From: the human T2T-CHM13v2.0 reference genome, Homo sapiens
Reading direction: 5' to 3' (one strand)
DNA: 64,000 nucleotides
NCBI RefSeq assembly: GCF_009914755.1
Contig: NC_060944.1
Part shown: piece after piece, positions 1 through 16,770 of the stretch
How the letters are laid out: every line of letters starts with the position of its first letter
Position numbering within the stretch: the first letter of the stretch is position 1
Position numbers and translations under genes: made by a program
The notes under the pieces: generated by a model
Database searches by the model: none
What the model saw: the letters and a program-made list of their open reading frames with translations, nothing else
What the model was told of the DNA's origin: nothing

Positions 1-581
1 GTGGTGAAACCCCAGAAATTTCTATACAGAGAAGCTCTGGTTGGGGGGAGAGGTGTGGCTGCTAGGGGTGTCCAGGAGTGTTGTCTTGAAGCTTCATTTG
101 CATAACAATCACATTATTTTTACTCAGACTGTGGGTTTACCTGGGGGAAGATCAGAGACTAAGAGAAAGGGGAAGAAGGTCACAAAGGCCCTCCTTAGTT
201 CCCCCTTGAAGCCACTACTGCTGTCTGAGAAAGTAACATCTGCAGAGACCTGAAGGAAGGGAAAGAGCCGAGAGAAGAATGCGAGGAAAAGTATCTAACA
301 ATGGGGAACAGAGAGTGCAAAGGATTTTAGATGGCAAGAGAGCTTGTTGAGTTTGGGGCACAGAAAGAGTTCCATGTGGCCAGAGATGGAAGACAAGAGG
401 CAGAGGTACATGTGGTGAGGTTGGCAGGGTGCCAGCTGGCAGACTGTGCAATCTTAGGATTTATTCTAAGAGCAATGGGAAGACATTGAAGGTATTTAAG
501 TAGGGGCAGGCCAAGGTAGGATTCAGAAACATTTTAACAGAAACTCCTCCTTTCGTTGATTGTCTCCACTGGGGGCTGCAG

Positions 582-749
582 GTGGCCAAGAAGTTTCCCA
601 ACATGAAGATACAGATCCATGTCTCAGCCTCCACCCCGCCACACCTGTCTGTGCAGCCCACCGGCCTTACCTTCTACCCTGCCGTGGATGTCCAGGCCTT
701 TGCCGTCCTCCCCAACTCCTCCCTGGCTTCCCTCTTCCTGATTGGCATG
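582..749 (+). CDS. BPI: BPI coding exon 10 ([11 protein letters not shown]...SLFLIGM); upstream exons lie outside the window
   Basis: ctgcag|GTG acceptor and ATG|gtaagc donor; 168 nt; translation matches the BPI C-terminal domain; same length as LBP exon 10. Confidence 0.97.
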
Positions 750-914
750 GTAAGCAGTTCCTGGGTTGGACAGATGAGGAGCCCCAGACAGTCCCAACAG
801 CACTGTCTTTGGAGTCAGGAGACCATGTGAATCCTGTCTGGATTCAAACCTGGACTGTGTCACTCCGGAGCCTGAGGCTTGAGTCACTGTACTCAATGGT
901 GCCGACTCCTGGAG

Positions 915-1380
915 GTATTCATTCACCCAGCCATTCACTAGTGCGTTTGTTTACTTATTCATTCAATTATTCATTCAGTCAATTTCTCATTCATTCAATT
1001 ATTCATTCCATGTTGGCTTGAAATATGTGTACTGTTCCAATTCATCCATTTATATCTTTAGTCATTCAATTATGCATTTGTGTATTTGTTCATTCATTCA
1101 ATTATTAATTCATTCAGTTATTTATTAGATTGTTGACTTGAAATATGTTATACATTTTCTGATTCCCACTTGCACTCATTTATTCAATTATTCATTTACT
1201 TATACCTTTGTTCAATTGATCATTCATTTGTATATTTGTTCATTTATTCGTCCATCATTTATTCATTCATGCATATCTTTGTTATTCTTCAATTCACATA
1301 TTTTTTAATCCTTCATTTGCCTCAGTTTTCACTCCATTGTTGATTTATGCATTCATCCCTTTGATCACTCCATCACTCCG
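915..1380. repeat. degenerate (ATTC)n/(TTCA)n low-complexity tract, BPI intron 10
   Basis: dense attc/ttca reiteration, resembling an expanded L2 tail microsatellite. Confidence 0.8.
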
Positions 1381-1904
1381 CAAAGATTTGGTGGCACCCA
1401 TATGGCCACTGAGGGTGTGGTTCAGACACTCTCTGCACCAGGAAGCACTTAGAGGCCTTAGGCAGGTCTACTGGGTCTCCCAAGCTGAGACCTGTTATTC
1501 CCACTTTGCAGACAGAATAGGTCCTAAGAGGTCATCCAAGACCACACAGACTGCACAGAACAGCTGAGGTGGGAACCGGGGACTTCCTTCTCATATTTTT
1601 TGAATGAATTAATGAATGAGGGATTGTGAGAATGGGGCTGGCCTGTCTTATGCAGCCTCTCCGAGAGTGGCCCAAGAACTCTGAAATGGTCCTGGAAGTA
1701 GAGAGAGAAAATGGAAATTGACAGTTTAGGACTCAACAGCCACAAAGCCAAGGGAAGTCTCCCCACTCCTCTGGCTCTGTGGGCCTGACCCCACAGTGTA
1801 TGCTGCCCTGCTGAGCCGTTGTGAAGCTGACCCTTCTTGGTTTGGAGGCCTTGCAATCAGGTGCCTGGGTCAGGGCACTTCACCCTGGGTTGTTGTTTTG
1901 GCAG

Positions 1905-1972
1905 CACACAACTGGTTCCATGGAGGTCAGCGCCGAGTCCAACAGGCTTGTTGGAGAGCTCAAGCTGGATAG
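1905..1972 (+). CDS. BPI: BPI exon 11 ([23 protein letters not shown])
   Basis: ggcag|CAC acceptor, AG|gtaagt donor, 68 nt, frame continuous. Confidence 0.96.
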
Positions 1973-2526
1973 GTAAGTGGGCCTGTGAGAGGAGGAGGGG
2001 GCTGCCCCTCTGTCCTTGGTGTCTGTGGGATGACAGTGGTCCTGTGATATACAGAAGCACTGCATTGTTGTTTTCCTGTTGGCTCATCACATTAAAACCT
2101 CAAAGAGTGTGCGATGGCCACAGTATCCCCATTTTGCAGACCATGAAACTCATGCTCAGAGAAAAAGTGACTTGCTCGAGGTCACACATTGTAGGTGACC
2201 AACCATCTCAGCTTACCCATAAATGTCCCGGTTCTAGCAGTGACAGTCCTGTGTTCTGGGATATGGCCAGTCCTCATGGCTGGGAGGCGTCAGCTGATGA
2301 TCCCCACTGAACCACAACAGCATGCAGCCACTGCACGTCCCTGGCTTTCCTTGACACTAGGAGATCCCGCTTCAACTTCTTCTCACCCCATCCTTGGGAC
2401 TTTAACCACCATCCTCTGCTGGGAGACTCTGGAATCCACATGGCCCTGATTTGAGTCCCAGCAAGGGAGTTTGTGGTTAGGAGTGTGGCCCCAACATGAG
2501 GCTGCCTGCGTTAAAAGTGTGGCTCA

Positions 2527-2931
<405 letters not shown>

Positions 2932-3032
2932 TTAATATGTGTTGAAGTGTTTAGAACACTTCCAGGGATAGAATAAACACTCAATATGCAAGAGGGAAAG
3001 AGAAACAGAAATGCAGAAAGAGAGAAATACAG

Positions 3033-3352
3033 GGCCAGGCATGGTGGCTCACGCCTCTCTCCCAGCACCTTGGGAGGCCATGGTGGGAGGATCGCCTGAG
3101 CCCAATAGTTCAAGACTAGCTGGGGCAACATAGTGAGACCTCGTCTCTACCAAAAAAAAAAAAATTGTTTTAATTAGCCAGGCATGGTGGTGCATGCCTG
3201 GGGTCCCAGCTACTCGAGAGGCTGAGGTGGGAGGATCACTTGAGCCTGGCAGGTCAAGGCTGCAGTGAGCCATGTTCCAGCCACTGTACTCCAGCTTGGG
3301 CAACAGAGCAAGACCCTGTCTCTAAATAAATAAATAAATAAATAAATAAACA
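3033..3352 (+). mobile_element. AluJ-like with (TAAA)n tail
   Basis: Alu consensus match. Confidence 0.9.
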
Positions 3353-3895
3353 AATAGATTTTTAAAAGTAAAAGAAATACAGAAAGGGAGTTTCAGACAT
3401 AGAGAAAGAGACAGAGACACAGAGAGTGACACTCAGAGAAGGAGACAGACACAAAGGAAGGAAGGGAGGGGAGAGATGTAGAAAAGGAAAGGTAGAGAAA
3501 GAGGGAGACACTCAGAGAAACAGAGGGAGGGAGTCGGGGGGCAGAGAGAAAGAGACACCATATGCAAGCAGATGTGATGGCCCCCCGCAGTTAGACCTGG
3601 CACCCGCCTCTTCAGCACATTTGCGCTGTTTTCACGCCGCCTTGACCCACATCCCTGCCCAGTCCCGCCCTCTCCCTGGCACCAAGTCGTCCTTCTTCAC
3701 CTTGAGACGAGCCCCAGAGGTTTATGTGCTACTCATTTCTCCTGGCATCATGTTGACAAGCATTACTGCTTCAGAAACGTATAGATTTAATTTCTCTTAA
3801 ACACCCATGGGCCTCTAAAGTAAAGGAGCTGGAGAGGATACAGCTGGGTGTGGGCTGAGCACAGGCTTTCTGGAATATGCAGGGGATGGGGATAG

Positions 3896-4398
<503 letters not shown>

Positions 4399-5364
4399 TA
4401 GCTGAGCTTGGTGGCATACCCCTGTAATCCCAGCTACCTGGGAGGCTGAGGTGGGAGGATCACCTGAGCCCAGGGAGGTTGAGGTTGCAGTGAGCTGTGA
4501 TTTTGCTGTGTAGTGCAGCTGTGACTACACTCTAGCCTGAGCTAGTGAGACCCCATCTCAAAGAAGAAAAAAAAAAGCAAACCGTGCTTTGCTAATTGTT
4601 AGCTGTGTGACCTTGGACCATTGTTTGATCTCTGAGTATGTTTCCTCATCTGTAAAAATGAGAGTAATGGCCCTTGCCTCTTGTAATGTTACTGGTATTC
4701 AGTGGGATAGAGCGCCCAATACAGCTAATGAATGGTTGGGGTTCAATAAACAGCCATATGTTCCCCCCTTCCTCTGAGATCACTGTTAAAAATGTCATAA
4801 AGGCCTTAAAGGGAAAATAGTATATTGGCTCAGGTAACTGAAAAATCCAAGGCTTTCAGTCAAGGAAAGACCCAGGTGCTCAAATGATATCCTTAGGAAT
4901 CTGTCTCCATCTCTTGGCTTTGCTATCCTCTGTGCTGGCTTCATTGCCCAGCAGGCTGTCACCAAGTGGTGGCAAAATAGTCACCAGGAGCTTCCTTATT
5001 TTCCCAGAGAAAAGAGAATACCTTATTCCCAATATTCCCAGCAGAAGTCCTGGGACTGACTTTCATTGGGCCAGCATAGGTCAGAGGTACATCCTTGCAG
5101 CAATGACTGTAGCAGAAGAAGTGGACTATGCCCTTTGGTCAGCATGGCCCAGAGCTCAGTGTGGGGTCAACGGCACTAACAATGCAGGGAATGTGTGAAT
5201 TCTCCAAAGGCAACATCGGGGGGCTGTGACCCGTGGAAGGGGAGTGGATACTGGGTGGGAAAACCAGACAGTATCCACCAGAGTGGGTCTCTCCTCTCTA
5301 GAGACTGGGTTCTCATGCTAGTCAGGCAATTGGTGGTCTCAGTCCCCTCCTCCCCCTCTCACAG

Positions 5365-5407
5365 GCTGCTCCTGGAACTGAAGCACTCAAATATTGGCCC
5401 CTTCCCG
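5365..5407 (+). CDS. BPI: BPI exon 12 (LLLELKHSNIGPFP)
   Basis: pyrimidine tract + acag|, CCG|gtgagt, 43 nt. Confidence 0.96.
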
Positions 5408-5729
5408 GTGAGTCTGAGGCCCTTGGTGGCTTCTTCCTCCTTCTGACCTGGCGGCGGGGAGGGGGACATGTCATAGGCTCGAGGCATTATTTAAGAGGCT
5501 ACTGGCTCATTTGCATTTAATTTGGTTGTGAATTAATAGTTCAAGGAGCTTCGTGGGCAGAGGGACCTGAGCCAGAATCCCTGCTCCATACTTACTAACT
5601 GTGAGGCCTTGGGCAAGTCACTTCCCTTTTCTGAACTCCAGACCTTCCCCACCTGAGTGAGTGTAGTATGGTTTAAATGGGATTAAACATGCACAATCTG
5701 GTAGAGAAAATCTGCTCAACAAATGTTTG

Positions 5730-7030
<1,301 letters not shown>

Positions 7031-8746
7031 AGGGAGAAACCCAGCTCAAGTAGGTGGTTCGCCTGCCCAGGAATCACTGCTCATCATTAAGTAGATTTGC
7101 CGCTACTGCCCTCACGAGGGGCATTGATGACGAGTTGCCCCTGTTAGTAGTAAGTAGTCGCCCATGCTGTTCAACACCAGCCACACAGAGCACCTGCCCT
7201 GTGTCTAACGTCAGAAGCTGCAGTCTGCTGATCCTGTCCAGCGTCTTGCTACATTGACCTGAATCTCCTGGTGGGCTCTGGTTGAATCCCAGTTTCTGCT
7301 GCTCTGGAGAACATTTCCTTAGATTCCCGAGATGCCCCCAAGTTCCCCACCAAGTGAGTGCCTTGTAAGCCCTCCAACCCCAAAGTCATACCGTCCCAGT
7401 GTCCCCTTCAAATCTGATAAAAATCCAGCCAGCCATTTCTACCAAATGAGATTCCAAATGAAAGGACCAAATGCAACCTCACTGTATTTTCATGGACTTA
7501 CTGGTTCCAAGGCTTTCTTGGTGGCTTGACTAAGTCCATAACTAATTTCTACTTCTGTAGAAACTAGAAATTTTAAGTTCCCAGGATTCATAGGAAGGAG
7601 GGCACTGCATTTGGTGAGGCCAGGGAATAACAGGCCAGGAAAAGAGACTCAGTTGTTCCAGAAACAAAAATGTATATATTTACAAATTGTAAATGTCACA
7701 ACTACAGGCAAGCATCTTGAGGGTTTTACACTATTTTTAATTTTTTTTATTATTGCCAAAGAAAAATATATGCACTATAGGGCAATCAGAACCTACAGAT
7801 TTGCAAAAGAAAGAAAATAAAAACCATGCATATTTTCATCACTTAGTTAATAATTTGGAGTATATCCTTCCTGACCTTTTGCTATGCCTATTTAATTAAA
7901 AAATGGAATGATGTGATTTCTATAGCCTGGTTCTCCTCACTCAAAAACATATCATGGTTATGTCTGTGTTGTTACTTACATTTCTACAATATCATTCTTA
8001 ACAGTTGCATAATATTTCCTTGTATTAAAGTATTACCATTTTCCACCAAGTGATTCCCCTATTGTTGGACATGGAGATTGCTTTTAATTTATTGTTTTGG
8101 ATAAATTTGTTGCTTTGGTCAACATTCTTGCATCCACATTTTTTCCTACACCCTACATTATTTCCTTAGGATAAATTCCTCAGAGGCATGTTTGCTAGCC
8201 CAAAAGGCACACGGGTCTTGCTGTGTTGCCCAGGCTGGTCTTGAACTCCTCCTGGTCTCAAGTGATCTTCTCGCCTCAGCCTCCCAAAGCACTGCTGTTA
8301 CAGTCATGAACCACCAAGCCCAACCAGGCACACACAGGCTTTGGAAGAACATTGTGCCAAATAGCCGTCAAAGAGGTTGATTTGATTTGCCCTCTTACTG
8401 CAGTGTCTGAGAGGACTCATTTTTTAAGCTAAGCTTTTCCCATTTAAATACTCTCTGATGAGCTTCCTCATGATTGTCGTGAGTTGTAAGGCCTTGCACC
8501 TTACAATTGAGAACATGCTTTACATCTGGAACCATTGGAGCAAAAGAAACCACTTCCATGACCTTGATTGGGCTGCCAAGTATTCACATATCACTTGCGT
8601 CCACCTCTCAGCAGTTTTCCCAACTGCGCGGTTGCTGAGCAGCGCTAGGGGAAAGGAGGGTGACAGAGGTGGGGTGATGAGGACTGCTGGACCCGCAAGG
8701 TTCTGGCGATGCAGGGCCATCCTCCCATCCTCCCTCTGATTTCCAG

Positions 8747-8810
8747 GTTGAATTGCTGCAGGATATCATGAACTACATTGTACCCATTCTTGTGCTGCCC
8801 AGGGTTAACG
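8747..8810 (+). CDS. BPI: BPI exon 13 ([21 protein letters not shown])
   Basis: ttccag|GTT, ACG|gtaagg, 64 nt. Confidence 0.96.
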
Positions 8811-9914
8811 GTAAGGAACTTTGAAGAAACCATTCATTTTCAGTCATGGGGGAAGAGGGTGGGGTTGATTACCCACAGCCACCTGTTACCTGGCCCCAGG
8901 TATGAGGGCTGGGCAGTGGTGATGTCAAGTGAACTTCAAATGGCATCTGACCCAGAAATGAATGCAACAAAAAGGAACTCACATGAGTTGACTTACTACA
9001 CATGGGTTGATTCATTATTGCGTGAGTTTGTCCTTACAAAACCCCCATGAGATGAAGGATTATTAACATCTCCAACTTTTATGGCAGGAAGCGGAAGAAC
9101 AGAATGGTTTAGTGACTTAGGTCACAGAGCAGGCAAGAGATGGGGCATGGGTTTGATCCTAGCAGTGAAAACAAAGCCCATGGTCTCTTTCCAACTTTGG
9201 AAGCAGGATGAGGGGGTTCCCTGATAACCCCTCCCAGAGCTTAGATCACCACGCTGGTAAGAGCTTCAGGCAGGCCGGCCCCTGACCTTTGAGAGTGAGG
9301 GGCAAAAGTACTAATAGAGGCCCATATAACCTGTGACTAGGATATTTAGAACTTACCAATTAATCCAACAAATTATCATATGAAATATGATACATCAGTC
9401 CTGGGATCTGTCCTCCTACCTTGACAAATGTAGCTTTGTAATGACCTGGGAGGCCACGTTCTAATTTAGAGTTCTCCAAAGTTCCGTGTCAGAATGTGGC
9501 AGTATGTGGGGGGCTTGCCCTGGCCACTGTCCACCTCTGGCTTTATCCTAAATGTTGAGGGGTTTCATGCTCACATGCATAAATACCCCTATTACACACC
9601 ACGCTCTAGTCACACCATTGCAAGCAGCAGATTTTTGGTTTAGTGTATACCAGCAGTGCTGCACCCTCAGGAGGGCCATCATGGGGATGGAGTCCACGCA
9701 GGTGCTAGAAGTGGACTTGGGGTTGATGGACAACAGGTGGGAGGTACGGACTCTGGGGCAGCCTTCCTTTCAGGCATGTATGCCCATGCCAGTCCCTACC
9801 TAGGGCCAGGCATGCTGGTTCAGGGAGGCTGTCTACCCAGGCTCTCTGGCCCTCCCTCCTCCCCTGCCCTTCTCTTTCTTTTCTCCTGGTCCTCACCATC
9901 GGTCTCTGTCACAG

Positions 9915-9991
9915 AGAAACTACAGAAAGGCTTCCCTCTCCCGACGCCGGCCAGAGTCCAGCTCTACAACGTAGTGCTTCAGCCTCACCAG
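9915..9991 (+). CDS. BPI: BPI exon 14 ([26 protein letters not shown])
   Basis: cacag|AG, CAG|gtgagt, 77 nt. Confidence 0.96.
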
Positions 9992-11462
9992 GTGAGTCCC
10001 GGAGTCTTTTCCACAAATCTCCCCTAACGATAGTGACCAACAGCAGCCTATGGCTGCAATGCTTCCTGCATGCCAAGCCCTGTGTGAAGCGCCTTCTACC
10101 CTTACAACAACTCTGGGATGTGGGTGCTGTTAAAAAACAAAGAAAGACCAAGGTTCAGAAAAGCCACACAGTGTTAAATGAAGTCCAGATTCAAAGCCAG
10201 GCTCCCGGCTTTGAACCATCACTGCATCGTTCCCACGCTACACTCGGCAAAAATGAAATGCATTTGTGGGCCAAAGAGCCTCTTTTTTAAGGTGCATTTA
10301 AATATTTAACGAATATATGTTGCACACCTTTTGCACCCAGCATCATACTAGGCACTGTGGGGTATAACATGTGGTCGACGTCTGGCAGATTTAGACACAG
10401 CACAGAAGTCTCCTTCGTGGCTTTCGCCCAGGCTGACTTCCGTCTGCATTTGACACTGATGCGCTTCCTGGGCATGCTTTCTTCTCTTAGTTTCCAGCAC
10501 TCCCCTAGCTCTTGGTTGTCTACCTGCCACCTCCTCTGCTTGTTCTCCTGCCCCTTCTCTGCAAGCTGGAGATCTCCAGGACCCCTCCCCAGGCCTCTTC
10601 TCTTCCCCCGCCATTGGCAAGCCTTCGTCACTCTTGTCAACCTCTTCAGGCTTAGCTGCCACCTGCGTGCCACCCAATGTCCCAGACATGCTTCCAGTCT
10701 TTTTATTTTTTCCAAACTCTCAGCTTGTGCATTCGCAGGCTCCCTCAATGTCTCCACCCTGAGGCCTCTTAAACCCAGCATGTCCCCACAAAGCTGTCAC
10801 CTCCGCAGCGAAACCGTCACCCAGCTTGCATTTCTCACCTTGGTCAAAGGCTTTCCTGATAACTTGTGGCCCTCCTGGGGAGCCTCGCATCACCCAGATC
10901 CCTCCCTCTCCCTTTCCCCCAATGTCCAGGCCATCAATCCTCAATTCTTTAGACCAGGGAGCTAATTAATGGGGCTGAGAGACTGTAGAAAAATAACCAA
11001 GAGTGCAGAGGAAACACATACCGCATATTCCTCACATTTTACCAAGTTCGTGTTTTAAAAAAAATGACCCATGGCACAATTTAATTTCTTCATTTCTAAA
11101 AATCCTGAGTGAAGGACACAAAGAAGCAGAGAGAAGTGGTTTTGCAGCCTTGATTGGAACAAGCACTCCCTTGAGCTGCCATGAGGCAGGGACGACAAAT
11201 GAAGGCCTCTAAAACAGCCCGGGGGGTCTCCGTGTCTAAGAAGGAGGCAGCTTCCAGGGAAGCTGCTGACAGATTCGCAGATGTTGGCAGCTGTGGATGT
11301 GTAGATCCGGGCAGCGAAACACTGAGTGACCCCCACTGGCCCTGCCTTTCTCCTTCCTAAGAGGCAGGCTCCCAAAATGTCCTTCTTAAAACTCCAGTAG
11401 CTCCACACTCACAAACAAGGGGTGCATCTTCAACTGGTGACAACATTCTCATCTCTCCCTAG

Positions 11463-11501
11463 AACTTCCTGCTGTTCGGTGCAGACGTTGTCTATAAATG
11501 A
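11463..11501 (+). CDS. BPI: BPI terminal exon 15, coding part (NFLLFGADVVYK*)
   Basis: ccctag|AAC acceptor; TGA 11499-11501; known BPI C-terminus. Confidence 0.96.
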   Translation, partial: NFLLFGADVVYK

Positions 11502-11820
11502 AGGCACCAGGGGTGCCGGGGGCTGTCAGCCACACCTGTTCCTGATGGGCTGTGGGGCACCGGCTGCCTTTCCCCAGGGAATCCTCTCCAGATCTTAACC
11601 AAGAGCCCCTTGCAAACTTCTTCGACTCAGATTCAGAAATGATCTAAACACGAGGAAACATTATTCATTGGAAAAGTGCATGGTGTGTATTTTAGGGATT
11701 ATGAGCTTCTTTCAAGGGCTAAGGCTGCAGAGATATTTCCTCCAGGAATCGTGTTTCAATTGTAACCAAGAAATTTCCATTTGTGCTTCATGAAAAAAAA
11801 CTTCTGGTTTTTTTCATGTG
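11502..11820 (+). other. BPI: BPI 3' UTR (end approximate)
   Basis: follows the stop; GU/U-rich tract after ~11808; no canonical AATAAA seen. Confidence 0.6.
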
Positions 11821-12969
11821 GATTCTGTGTGCTGGTATTGTTTCTTGTTTTATGTTCATTTATTTATTATTCATTGGCTGTAACCAATGTGGCCGGCAGT
11901 GCCAGTTTACAGCACAGATACAATCATCTCTTTTTATTTCTATAATTAATCTCTGGAATCCCCACAGCCTCCATTAACAGAAAGTCTCATTGTTCCAAAT
12001 GTCCTTGTGATTTTCTTAGTCCAAATTCCTAATGTCACACAGAGAGGGTCTGGAGAGTGGGTCAGTCCACTATGCTGTTGTTCTTTCCACTACCACATGG
12101 TGTGGCTGTTGACCCGTCATTCTGCACAGCCCATTGTCCTGTGTAGTCACCTGTCCACTAGGACTGTTGCTCCCGTCACTACCACACGGTGTCGCTGTTG
12201 AAAAGCTAGCCTGCACAGCCCACCTTCCCTGCCCCACACTTGGGCTCCCCGTTTCATCCATGTTCTCCTGCCCAGCCATTGTCCCCAAAAGCAGAACAAT
12301 GGGCCAGGTGACAGAGTCCATTGGGGTTTTCTGCTTCAGTCACATCTTTGGGTGCAATTAGCACTTCCCCATGACTCTCCCAGCTCTAGTGTGGAAGCCA
12401 GATCACCAACCCAGACTGTCTTTGGAATTCTGGGGAGTTTCCTTGGGGGCTTTGGGCCATTTCCTGCCATGGGACATCAGAGGGGGCTATCTCAGCCCAT
12501 GAGATGGGGTTTTATGGATTGTACTTCAGATTGATTGAGGAGTCCTGGAAGGCCTTTCTACACTGCTGACATGTGCTCTGAGACCATAAGGATGAGCAAC
12601 AACACACTGGAGGAGTTCGATGCAGACGGTGGAGTGGGGGACCACATGACCAGATTTAGTTTTTAAAATGTTTTATTGTGACTTCTGAAAGCATCAGAAG
12701 GACAAGAGGGCAAGGGATGAGCACAAATTAGGAATGTGTTGTTATTCAAGCTTCAACCAGATTGGTGATGGTAAAATTGAAGAGAAGCATTTGTAGCGAG
12801 CAAAAGCAGATAAAAGGTATTTATTTTATTTATAAAGAAAAATGTACACACTTCTGCTGACATCATTGATTCTCTGTCAAATGGAGTTAAAGGCTCTAGG
12901 GCCACACAAGAAGGGAGGGCCATTGATCAAACACTCTCAGGAGTCAAGCAAAGGGCATGAATGATCTAA

Positions 12970-13332
<363 letters not shown>

Positions 13333-13979
13333 TAAATTGAGTTACCCTTCCCTGATCACATAGCCAGCAGGTGGCAGAGTTGGAATTCCCACCTTATCTA
13401 TTCCCACATGTCAGAGCCCATGCTTTTTTTGCTCCTCCCCGATGTCAAAATGTTGTCTGTTCTGGGGGACTTGGCACGTTTAAAGCAGAACTTCTTTGTT
13501 CTGTGGCATAGGTTGTACACTGTAAAACATAGGTTGTACCAGGTTGAGGAAACAAAAGTCTTTCTCTAATTTGTCCACCAGTAGTATGCATCTTTTTCTC
13601 CACTAGCCAGGGGCTATGGAGGCCCTGAATAGAACAGAAGAGCAGCTAGCAAGGGCGGAAGGAAGAGAGAGAAGGGAAGCACAGCGTGGGATAGACTGGG
13701 AGGCCATGAGGACTGTTAAGGGCTCTAGGTTTTGTTCCAAAAGATAAGGCAAGCCACTGGAGAGTTTTGAGCAGAAGAATGTTACAATCCAATTCACATT
13801 TGTAAAAGAGCCCTCTGGCTGCTGGGGAGACTAGCTGGTAGATATGGACACACACCTGCCATCCCCCACCCTCATTCTCTTTGGAGTTAACCCCCTTCTA
13901 CACCTGCCCTCTACTTTCTGTAACATATAGGCACCCCCTGCTCCACACTCTATAGAAAAAAAAAAAAAAAATGCAATTA

Positions 13980-14398
<419 letters not shown>

Positions 14399-15451
14399 AT
14401 CTTTCTTGGACCTGAAGATTGGTGCATGAAACACATTGTGCCTGCGAACTTCTCTCTAATGGCTGAGGAAAGGCAGTTGCTTGGGGGTTAGGGTTTGAGC
14501 AGCATTCCCCAACACACTCCAAAGGTTCTGCCAAGTTGGCTACAGAACCACTATTTGAGCAGCTTCTCCCTTCAGGCTAAGCATTGTCTGCTGCAGATGA
14601 CTGCAAATGTGTGTTTGGGGTTTCTTTGGGTGACGTTGAAAATGTTCTAAAATTAAATTCTGGATTGTACACTTTAAATGGGTGAATTTTATGTATATGA
14701 AATATATGTCAATAAAGTGGCAAAAGACAATTGAAGAAGAAAAAAAAGAATTGTTCACTCCAAACTGCCTAAAAGCTCACCATCAGAGCAGCTTCCCTTC
14801 TGGGATAAGCACAGCCTTCCTGGGGTTCCTTTTGGAAATGCTGACTTATTAAATAAATATGAGGGAGGAGTACCCTCTGCAAGGAGAGAAGGTGGGGAGG
14901 GGCACAGGAAGACTAAGCACTGTCTTCATCATTTTGCCATGTCCCGCTAGTGGCCATGAGCAGCCCTGTCCCTGGGTCTATCTCTTCAGGCTTATGATCC
15001 TATTTAATCCTCATGACAACCGCTAAAGGTAGCCAAGGTTGCCCTTGTTTTTCAGATGAGGAGTCTCTAGAAAAGTCGTGTGGCCTGCTAAGCTAACTGT
15101 TCAGAGCCTGGGCTCTGGAGTCACCTGGCGGTGGTTTCAAACATAAATCCGGCCCCCTCAAGAGCTGTGTGACTTTGCAAATGTTCCTTAACCTCTCTGG
15201 CCCTCTATTTCCTCCTTTGAAAAGGAGAGTTAAAATCTTGCCCTCTCGGCATGAGGTTATTGGGAAGAATCAGAGGTATGATTGATAGGGTCATGGCACA
15301 GTGGTTAAGAGTATGAACCATGATCCCAGATATCTTGGGTTTAAATCCCACGTCTGCTATTTACCAGCTGTGTGACTTTGGGCAGTATACTTAATTCTCA
15401 GGTTTTCTATTTCTCATCTATAAAGGGAACATCATTATAGTACCTACCTCA

Positions 15452-15882
<431 letters not shown>

Positions 15883-16594
15883 ATACTATATCTGGCTACA
15901 GTAGTATTCCCAATGCCTGCCACATAGTTGGTGATCAGTAAGTATTTATTTTAAAAATGATCTGGGATTTCAACCCACATCTGCATAACTCAAAACATTT
16001 ATGCCAGTGATTCTCAATGTATGATCCAGGGCTGTCTGCCTGAATGGGCCTGACCCCAAGAATCAGAGCCCCTGGCTGGCCAGAACTCTGGATTTATCCT
16101 CTCCAGTTCAGCAATAGGCTCACAGTGTAACCTGGGCCAGTTCTCCCTCTCTAGGTCTCAGTTTCCCCATCTGTAAAAGTAAGGGCTCTCTGGGGTGAGG
16201 AGCTGTTTATCCACATGACCAGCCCTGCTCCATGGGGGCTCCTGGTATCTCAAGACACGCAACCTTCAAGCCACAAAGGATCGTCACTGACGTTACTACT
16301 TTTATTTTGTAAGCCCGCATGTCTCAGGGCTCATGTGTGTGTGTCTGTGCGTGTGCGTACACAGGCACACATTCAGATCTGCAGGTGATGTGGCTTGGGG
16401 AGAGGCTGCCATAAATATTAAACTCCCAACTCCAAAGTACCCTGCAGAGATTCAGAACTGCAGGAATTCATAACATCATTCTCTTTCAAGAGTCAGTGTT
16501 CTCAGGAGTGTGGGCACCGTCATAGAAAACTATCGAAAAGGAGAGTGAAGCATTAGAGAACTGCTGAGCTTGGAGGGAACTCGGAGCTCATTTA

Positions 16595-16770
16595 GTCCCT
16601 TGTTCCCGAAGCTCCAAGCACAATCCGTGGTCAGCAGCATCACCCTCACCAGGGAGCTTGTTAAAATGCAGAGGCTCAGCCCCAAGAGGAACATGATGGA
16701 TCAAGATTTGCATCTAAACAAGATCCCTGGGGGACTTGACTGCACGTCTTTGTTTCTGAAAAGCTGTCCT
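16595..16770. mobile_element. MER5A-like hAT relic
   Basis: cagcagcatcac...ggagcttgttaaaatgcaga...ttgcatctaaacaagatccc. Confidence 0.7.

Noticed and set aside
10287-10965. 202-aa and 164-aa overlapping ORFs in BPI intron 14
   Set aside because: Non-ATG starts, no recognisable domain, and they lie over degenerate L2-like sequence
14941-14960. CTCF-like tggccactagcgggac (- strand); also 18270-18290 and 49785-49802
   Set aside because: Mismatches in the core of CCASYAGRKGGCR
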